Assembly: GCA_046757025.1 (NCBI GenBank)
Contig: JBHHXN010000177.1
Span: 1 to 10,718 of the forward strand
Length of the DNA: 10,718 nucleotides
DNA from: a bacterium
GTDB lineage: Bacteria > Zhuqueibacterota > Zhuqueibacteria > Oceanimicrobiales > Oceanimicrobiaceae
Direction of reading: 5' to 3'
Positions 1-6,106 of this stretch are shown here, in pieces (positions within the stretch are counted from its first letter, which is position 1; each line of letters begins with the position of its first letter). The notes below the pieces were generated by a model. It did no database searches. It was not told where the DNA came from and was given only the letters and a program-made list of their open reading frames with translations. The translations under genes and the position numbers were made by a program.

Positions 1-962
1 CCGTGCGTCCAGACGCCGGGCATGCCGCGTTTGGTCAGCTCCGTCACTTCTTCGTGCGCCAGATTGTGCCATTCATTGATGGTGATGGCGTCGATATATT
101 CGTTGTAAGGCCCGGTGCCGGTTGAAATATACAGATACGGCACCGATTCATGCAGGTCGTGACCGACGATTGGTTTCCAATGTAAAAACGCATTAACGAT
201 ATTTCTGGTGAGAGCCAGGGTCAAACCGAAGCCGTCGCGGTTGTTGTCGTGCGCCACATAATGCCCCCAGTAAACCAGACTGGGCCCCACATCTTTATTG
301 GCTTTGCGATATTTGTAAATATCCACCATGCGGTCGCGGCCGTCCGGTTCGGCCACCGGCACAAATATCACGATGACGTTTTCCCGAATGGCTTTAATCA
401 TGGGAGAATCTTCCACCGCCAGTCGGTAGGCCAGCTCCATAAGCATCTCCGGTGAGCCGGTTTCGGGTGAATGCAGCCCGCCGGTGAGATAATAGACCGG
501 TTTAGCTTTTGAGAGGATGGATTGGGCTTCGCTGTCGGTGAGATTCCTCGGATCGGCGAGCTGGTTCAGGTATCCGCGAAAGGTTTCGAGGTCGGCAAGG
601 GTGGTTTCATCGGCGATGATGACTTCGATCATCTCCCGCCCTTCTTCTGTTTGGCCGATGGAGCGAATGCTTACTCTGGCTGAAGCCGCTGCCACCGCGC
701 GCAAATAGCCGTATATTTCATCGGTGTCGTGTAAAACCTCCGGCGCGCCGATTATCGTGCCAAAATACTGCAGCGGGGAAGGCACGTTTTCCGACACTGG
801 CAGATGATCCACCAGCTCATTGAGAAATTTCGGATCCGTGGTGTATTCTTTGATTTTCTTTGAATAAGTTGAATCATCGGCCTGGGCAAATAGCGAAAGC
901 GGTGAAGTGAAAACAAAAAGCAGTGAACTGACTAAAAGCAGCAGAAGCGTTCGAGAGTTCAT
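1..962 (-). CDS. Secreted M14-family zinc carboxypeptidase (N-terminal ~320 aa; continues beyond the left edge)
   Basis: Manual translation of the minus strand from ATG at 962: MNSRTLLLLLVSSLLFVFTSPLSLFAQADDSTYSKKIKEYTTDPKF...; open to position 1. Contains M14 motifs GGLHSPE (HxxE zinc ligands), EPDG, HDNNRD and HDLHES (third zinc ligand). Hydrophobic signal peptide ending LFA-Q. SD GGAGG at 968-972 (minus strand). Absent from the ORF track because there is no stop codon in the window. Confidence 0.92.
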   Translation of the reverse strand, partial: MNSRTLLLLLVSSLLFVFTSPLSLFAQADDSTYSKKIKEYTTDPKFLNELVDHLPVSENVPSPLQYFGTIIGAPEVLHDTDEIYGYLRAVAAASARVSIRSIGQTEEGREMIEVIIADETTLADLETFRGYLNQLADPRNLTDSEAQSILSKAKPVYYLTGGLHSPETGSPEMLMELAYRLAVEDSPMIKAIRENVIVIFVPVAEPDGRDRMVDIYKYRKANKDVGPSLVYWGHYVAHDNNRDGFGLTLALTRNIVNAFLHWKPIVGHDLHESVPYLYISTGTGPYNEYIDAITINEWHNLAHEEVTELTKRGMPGVWTH

Positions 963-1033
963 GGGCTCCTCCCTTAGAATGGATATAAAATCGATCGGAA
1001 TAATTTATTATAAATGGGGTGTGATGTGCTGAC

Positions 1034-1062
1034 AATTTACAAACAACTTTTTGAAAAGTCAA
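1034..1062 (-). promoter_or_regulatory. Putative sigma-70 promoter for the M14 peptidase
   Basis: Minus strand reads TTGACT (1062-1057), 17-nt spacer, TAAATT (1039-1034), about 70 nt upstream of the ATG at 962. Confidence 0.55.
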
Positions 1063-1103
1063 GATGTGGCATTTGCGCGCATACACAGAAAAGATTTTTT
1101 CTT

Positions 1104-1131
1104 TTGATTTTATGGTAATTTAACTTATTTT
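1104..1131 (+). promoter_or_regulatory. Possible sigma-70 promoter for lhr
   Basis: TTGATT (1104-1109), 16-nt spacer, TATTTT (1126-1131). The region is very AT-rich, so a chance match is plausible. Confidence 0.3.
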
Positions 1132-1172
1132 AAAAATAAAACAATATATAGGCTTGTTCCATATTGGGGTGA

Positions 1173-1254
1173 GTCATTGCGAGCGTAGCGAAGCAATCTT
1201 TTGACTCTTGCCTGCAAATGGAGTTTGCTTCGTCGCTTTGCTTTTCGCAATGAC
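1173..1254. repeat. REP/RPE-like palindromic element (GTCATTGCGA...TCGCAATGAC type)
   Basis: Perfect 10-bp terminal inverted repeat GTCATTGCGA (1173-1182) / TCGCAATGAC (1245-1254) plus inner 8-bp inverted repeat CGAAGCAA (1189-1196) / TTGCTTCG (1225-1232). GC-richer than its flanks and resembles the widespread GTCATTGCGAG..GAAGCAATC..GATTGCTTCG..CTCGCAATGAC intergenic repeat pattern. Only one copy is in the window. Confidence 0.75.
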
Positions 1255-1327
1255 ATATTCTACGCATTTCAACAACCCCGATGGGGAATTTGAAAGTCAA
1301 CCTGTTTGTAAATCAACAACAAGCAAA

Positions 1328-4300
1328 TTGAAAAAACTGCCATTTCATCCGGTAATCAGCAACTGGTTCAAGAGCCAATTTTCCGAAGCCAGTCCGCCGC
1401 AAAAAAAGGGGTGGCCGGTGATTGCGGCGGGCAAAAATGTGCTGATTCTAGCGCCCACGGGTTCTGGCAAAACTTTAGCCGCGTTTTTGTGGTGTCTGGA
1501 TGAGCTATTCCGCATGAGCTTGCAGAAAAACGGATGGCTGCTCGAGGGCGTTCACACGCTGTACGTTTCTCCCCTGAAAGCGTTAAATAACGATATCCAC
1601 CGCAATTTGCAAACGCCGTTAAAAGGCTTGCGAAAAACCGCCACGGAAATGGACCTTCCTGCGCCAGAAATCCGTGCCCTGGTTAGAACGGGAGATACGC
1701 CTTCGCATGTCCGGCAATCCATGGTAAAAAAGCCGCCGCATATATTGATCACGACACCGGAATCGCTCTATTTGTTGCTGACATCGGCCCGCGGCCGCGA
1801 AATTTTTCGCGGGCTGCGGTATGTCATCGTGGATGAAATCCATGCTTTGTGCGGCAATAAGCGCGGCGTGCATCTGAGCCTATCACTGGAACGATTGATG
1901 ACTCTGTGCCGGCACGAGCCCGTGCGCATCGGTCTTTCGGCTACCCAGCGTCCCCTGAAGCGAATTGCGTCTTTTCTCGGCGGTCAAAAATTCGATGAAA
2001 TAAAAAACCGCCCACAGCCGCGCCCGGTGACCATCGTCGATTGCGGTCAACGTAAAAATCTCGATCTAAAAGTGCTTGCGCCGGTCAAGAGTTTCAGCGA
2101 CCTACCGGAATCCACGGTCTGGCCGGCGGTAATTCAAAAGCTGTACGATTTGATCTGTTCTCATCGCACGACGCTGGTGTTTGCGCACATGCGTGCCCAG
2201 ACCGAACGCATCGCCCGGCAGCTCAACGAGCTGCATCGTGAGCAGAGCGGAAATCCGAATTCGGAGCTGGCCCTGGCCCACCACGGCAGCATCTCCCGGG
2301 AAGTGCGGCACGAAATCGAAGCCCGGCTGAAAGCGGCGCGCATTCCAGCGGTGATCGCCACCGGCTCCCTGGAGCTGGGCATCGACATCGGCTCCATCGA
2401 TCTCGTGATACAGCTGGAAGCCCCGCGCAGCGTGACCAGCGCCCTGCAGCGCGTAGGGCGAAGCGGGCATCTGCTAAAAGCGACCAGCAAAGGCCGCATC
2501 ATTCCCATGTACCCTTCCGATCTGGACGACGCGTTAACGATTACGCAATGCATGCTGCAAGGCGAAATTGAGGAAACCACCGTTCCCGAAAATTGCCTGG
2601 ACGTACTGGCGCAGCAAATTGTAGCGGAAGTCGCGTTGCGCACCTGGTCCCGCGCGGATTTGTTTCATCTGGTTAAACAAAGCTATTGCTATCGAAATCT
2701 CTCGGAAGCGGTATTTAACGACGTGGTAGCCATGCTCGCCGGCCGTTATACCGGCGTACCGCTCCAGGCGCTGAAGCCGCGGCTGGCCTGGGACAAAGTC
2801 AACGATCGGCTCATCAGCCGGCGGGGGGCGCGCTTGCTGGCCGCCACCAACGGCGGCACCATCCCGGACCGCGGTTATTACAGCGTGTACCTCAACGAGA
2901 GCAACACCAAACTCGGTGAAATGGAGGAGGAGTTCGTTTTCGAATCGCGTGTGGGTCATGTATTTTTTCTGGGAAACAACGAATGGCGCATCGACTCCAT
3001 TCATCAGGACCGCATCGTGGTATCGCCGGTGCGTGCTGTCAAACCGCGGGCGCCCTTCTGGAAAGGCGACATCCTGTATCGGGACTTTGCCACCAGCCAA
3101 AAGGTTGGCGCCTTCAGAAGAGAGTGGATGGAAAATTCAGCCGAAAACAATCGCCAGGACAGGCTGAACAGATGGCCGATGGCCGACGCAGATACCATCG
3201 ATAATTTGCAGGCTTATTTGCAGCGACAGTGCGCCTCAACTCGATGGTTGCCCACAGATAAACAGCTCATTGGTGAATGGTTTCGGGACATCGCAGAGGA
3301 GCCGCATTTTATTTTACACACCTGTTTTGGAGCCCGGGTCAACGGGGCCTGGGCCATAGCCCTGTCCGCCGCTCTGGAAAAACATTTTTCTGTGCAAGTG
3401 CAATACGCCTTCAACGACGATGGCATCATCCTTCGCACACTGGACAGCACCGAGCCGCTGCCCGTGAACGATCTCTTACATCTGTCGGCGAAAGAAGTGG
3501 AAAAGCGGCTGTTGGAGGCTCTGGTGGATACGCCGATGTTTTCAGTGCGCTTTCGCTACAACGCCGCCCGGGCGCTCATTCTTCCAAGATCGCAGCCGCA
3601 CAAGCGCATCCCGCTGTGGCTGCAAAGACTGCGTGCTGCGGATTTGCTGCAGATCGTGCGCCAGTTTCCAGACTTCCCCATCGTGATAGAAACCTATCGG
3701 GATTGTCTGCACGACCTGTTCGATTTGCCGGCTTTGCGGCAGGTGCTCACGAAAATCAACGCCGGTGAAATGTCCATCAAAGTAGTACAAACGCCGTCGC
3801 CTTCCCCCATGTCCTCGGGGCTGATGTTCAACTTTTTGTCCAGCAATATGTACGAAGTGGATCGCGCCCGCCTTCCAGCACAGGCCGCGGCTGTCAGCAG
3901 CGTTCTGCTGGCTGAAATTTTGCAGCAGGAAGCCATCCCGACCGTCGTAACGCCCGAATTGGTGACAGCGGCGGAGGCGAGATGGCAGCACACCTCACCC
4001 GAATATCGGGCCCGGGATGCCGAAGGCTTGTTTGCGATCATCGAAAAGCTGGCTCCGGTCTCGGATGCGGAGCTTTGGGAGCGATCACAGCAAGATCCCG
4101 CCGATTGGCTTCAGCAAATGCAAGCTGAAAACCGCATTTGCAAATTGACCGGCAAAAATGCGGGATGGGTGCCTGTCACGGAGAAAGGGATTTTTGCTGA
4201 CCACCCGGACGAAGATATCATCTGCGAACGAATTCGGCGGTTTTTGAGGGTGCGCGGTGCGGTTACCTCGGAACAAATCCACCGGGCTCTAAATTTTCCA

Positions 4301-5812
4301 GAAGATCGGATTAAAACGGCCCTGACGCAATTGCACTCAGAAAAAGAAATTGTTAGCGGCAGATTGATAGTCGGTACAGACACCGAGTTCTGGTGCGACC
4401 GCCATAATTTTGCAGAGCTTTATCGACGCGCCATCGCGGCCAGGAGAACCGCGGCCGTTGCGGTTAAACGTGGACAATTCTGGCGCTTTCAAATGCACTG
4501 GCATAACATTTCCCGGCCAGCACCAAGCGTGCTTGAAATGGTCAAACAGTACGCCGGTTACCGTTTTCCCGTTTCGATGTTCGAACGAGAAATCATCGGT
4601 TGCCGAGTTGGGGGTGAAAATTTGGAAAATCTGCCTCGCGCTTTAGAATCGTTACGCCAGCTCATCGCAGAAGGCGATGTGGTGGTACGGGCGCATCGTG
4701 AAACAGACAGCGGTCCGCTCCGGCTGGAATTTCTTCCACGGGCAACGGGTTCGCTCTTTGCAAACAAGAAGACCCTTTTAGAATCGTCCACGCAATTGAA
4801 GGAACCCGCCGCCAGCGTTAATACTTTTTTAAAAGAAAACGGCGCCAGCCTGGTAAGGGATATCATCGCCGGCACAGAACTTTCAACAGCGGGAGTACAG
4901 GAGGCTTTAAAAAAGCTGGTAGAAATGGGGCTGGCAAGCTGCGACAATTATCGGCTGTTATTAGCGGTTTTAAAATCGGGTTCGGAGCCATCGAGTTGGA
5001 TTGACGGCGAAGCCTGGCTGCCGGCGTCTCCGCCGGTTTGGAGTCAGAGTCGGAGACGAACCCGTGGCCGGGGAGCCATCCGCAAGCAGGTGGAAACACA
5101 GGTTCAGCTTGGAGCAAGCCGCTGGTTTTTGACCAGCTCGTTTGCAGCCTTAGGGAAAGAACTCTCTGACCACGAGCGAGCCCAAAGCCAGGCGCGATTG
5201 CTCTTACAGCGCTACGGCATTCTGGTGAAAGAATGGTACCGGCGCGAGCAGGGGCTGCTGCCCTGGTATCAGCTGTTTCAGATTTTAAAACGGCTTGAAT
5301 GGCAGGGCGAAATTCGCCGCGGCTATTTTATCGAAGGGCTCTCCGGGGTGCAGTTTGCGCTACCCGAAGCCGTGGAGCTGCTGGAAACGCTGCAAACGGA
5401 ATCGCTGCCGCCAAACGGGCAACCCATTCTGCTCAGCACCGCGGATCCGGCGCTGCCGCTGGGCGGCGCAGTGGACTGGAACATCAAGGACGCCAGAGGC
5501 AACAAACTCACTGTCGTACGCTCACCTTCGAACCATCTCTTGTTTTTGGATGCCACGCCGGCGCTGTACAGCGAAAATTACGGCGCCCGGCTGTGGACCA
5601 TCAACAGGATGGAAAAATCATCTTACACCACAGTCGTTCAGGCCATGAAAACCTGGCTGCACTTGCCCGCCAACCTGCGGCCGCGCAAGCACCTCGAGAT
5701 CGGGGAAATCGACGGTCAACCCGCTGTGAGCAGCCCCCTGGCTGCGGCGTTCCTACAAAACGGCTACGAACAGAAAGGCAAAAACATAATTTTGTGGCCC
5801 TCGGGTGTTTGA
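1328..5812 (+). CDS. lhr: Lhr-family ATP-dependent SF2 (DExH) helicase, long form with C-terminal winged-helix/AlkZ-like domain
   Basis: Motifs: FHPVISNWF..SPPQ (Q motif region), APTGSGKT (Walker A), YVSPLKALNND, RTGDTP, LITTPESL, IVDEIH, GLSAT, HHGS, LELGIDIG, QRVGRSGH; Lhr-specific GGTIPDRG, FRYNAARALILP, PLWLQRLRA, PSPSP; C-terminal LLQRYG, RRGYFIEGLSGVQFA, DPA. Start is uncertain: the frame is open from 1208, but Lhr-like sequence begins near TTG 1328 (1494 aa); no clear SD. Confidence 0.93.
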   Translation: MKKLPFHPVISNWFKSQFSEASPPQKKGWPVIAAGKNVLILAPTGSGKTLAAFLWCLDELFRMSLQKNGWLLEGVHTLYVSPLKALNNDIHRNLQTPLKGLRKTATEMDLPAPEIRALVRTGDTPSHVRQSMVKKPPHILITTPESLYLLLTSARGREIFRGLRYVIVDEIHALCGNKRGVHLSLSLERLMTLCRHEPVRIGLSATQRPLKRIASFLGGQKFDEIKNRPQPRPVTIVDCGQRKNLDLKVLAPVKSFSDLPESTVWPAVIQKLYDLICSHRTTLVFAHMRAQTERIARQLNELHREQSGNPNSELALAHHGSISREVRHEIEARLKAARIPAVIATGSLELGIDIGSIDLVIQLEAPRSVTSALQRVGRSGHLLKATSKGRIIPMYPSDLDDALTITQCMLQGEIEETTVPENCLDVLAQQIVAEVALRTWSRADLFHLVKQSYCYRNLSEAVFNDVVAMLAGRYTGVPLQALKPRLAWDKVNDRLISRRGARLLAATNGGTIPDRGYYSVYLNESNTKLGEMEEEFVFESRVGHVFFLGNNEWRIDSIHQDRIVVSPVRAVKPRAPFWKGDILYRDFATSQKVGAFRREWMENSAENNRQDRLNRWPMADADTIDNLQAYLQRQCASTRWLPTDKQLIGEWFRDIAEEPHFILHTCFGARVNGAWAIALSAALEKHFSVQVQYAFNDDGIILRTLDSTEPLPVNDLLHLSAKEVEKRLLEALVDTPMFSVRFRYNAARALILPRSQPHKRIPLWLQRLRAADLLQIVRQFPDFPIVIETYRDCLHDLFDLPALRQVLTKINAGEMSIKVVQTPSPSPMSSGLMFNFLSSNMYEVDRARLPAQAAAVSSVLLAEILQQEAIPTVVTPELVTAAEARWQHTSPEYRARDAEGLFAIIEKLAPVSDAELWERSQQDPADWLQQMQAENRICKLTGKNAGWVPVTEKGIFADHPDEDIICERIRRFLRVRGAVTSEQIHRALNFPEDRIKTALTQLHSEKEIVSGRLIVGTDTEFWCDRHNFAELYRRAIAARRTAAVAVKRGQFWRFQMHWHNISRPAPSVLEMVKQYAGYRFPVSMFEREIIGCRVGGENLENLPRALESLRQLIAEGDVVVRAHRETDSGPLRLEFLPRATGSLFANKKTLLESSTQLKEPAASVNTFLKENGASLVRDIIAGTELSTAGVQEALKKLVEMGLASCDNYRLLLAVLKSGSEPSSWIDGEAWLPASPPVWSQSRRRTRGRGAIRKQVETQVQLGASRWFLTSSFAALGKELSDHERAQSQARLLLQRYGILVKEWYRREQGLLPWYQLFQILKRLEWQGEIRRGYFIEGLSGVQFALPEAVELLETLQTESLPPNGQPILLSTADPALPLGGAVDWNIKDARGNKLTVVRSPSNHLLFLDATPALYSENYGARLWTINRMEKSSYTTVVQAMKTWLHLPANLRPRKHLEIGEIDGQPAVSSPLAAAFLQNGYEQKGKNIILWPSGV

Positions 5813-5878
5813 GCGATTAACCACTCGTATTTTGAACACAACAGTCTAATCATTTGTATTTTTATATAAACAGCCACC

Positions 5879-5905
5879 GCGAGTCTCATTTCTCGCTCAC
5901 TTTTT
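5879..5905 (+). terminator. Weak candidate intrinsic terminator after lhr
   Basis: GCGAG (5879-5883) / CTCGC (5892-5896) 5-bp stem followed by TCACTTTTT; short stem and offset U-tract. Confidence 0.3.
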
Positions 5906-5937
5906 CACTATTTTTAGACAAATCACGAAACTTTCCT

Positions 5938-5966
5938 TTGCCTCATTTAAATAAGATTTGTAATTT
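5938..5966 (+). promoter_or_regulatory. Putative sigma-70 promoter for the sigma-54 activator gene
   Basis: TTGCCT (5938-5943), 17-nt spacer, TAATTT (5961-5966); overlapped by the palindrome TGTAAT-N8-ATTACA (5959-5978). Confidence 0.45.
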
Positions 5967-6106
5967 AATTCGATTACACATTCAAAATAAAATCCCAATT
6001 CACTGCGCAGACCTCAACCGTGAAATCATCCACGGTTGCGGAACCGCCCACCATGATTCCAGCCACACGTTTGCAGAATTGGTTGTTTATACTGCAATAA
6101 AACGCT

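Noticed and set aside
249..708. Plus-strand ORFs 249..455 and 517..708
   Set aside because: Antisense shadows of the M14 peptidase gene; no recognisable motifs.
874..1086. 70-aa minus-strand ORF
   Set aside because: Overlaps the peptidase promoter, SD and start in another frame; no SD or motifs of its own.
1208..1327. ORF-track start of Lhr at 1208
   Set aside because: The first 40 codons run through the palindromic element and are not Lhr-like; TTG 1328 is preferred, though not proven.
5040..5090. Arg-rich stretch SRRRTRGRGAIRK in Lhr
   Set aside because: Basic low-complexity linkers at this position are usual in long-form Lhr; not an insertion or intein.
1552..5820. Many short ORFs nested in or antisense to lhr
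   Set aside because: Expected by-products of a long GC-rich coding sequence; none has recognisable domains.
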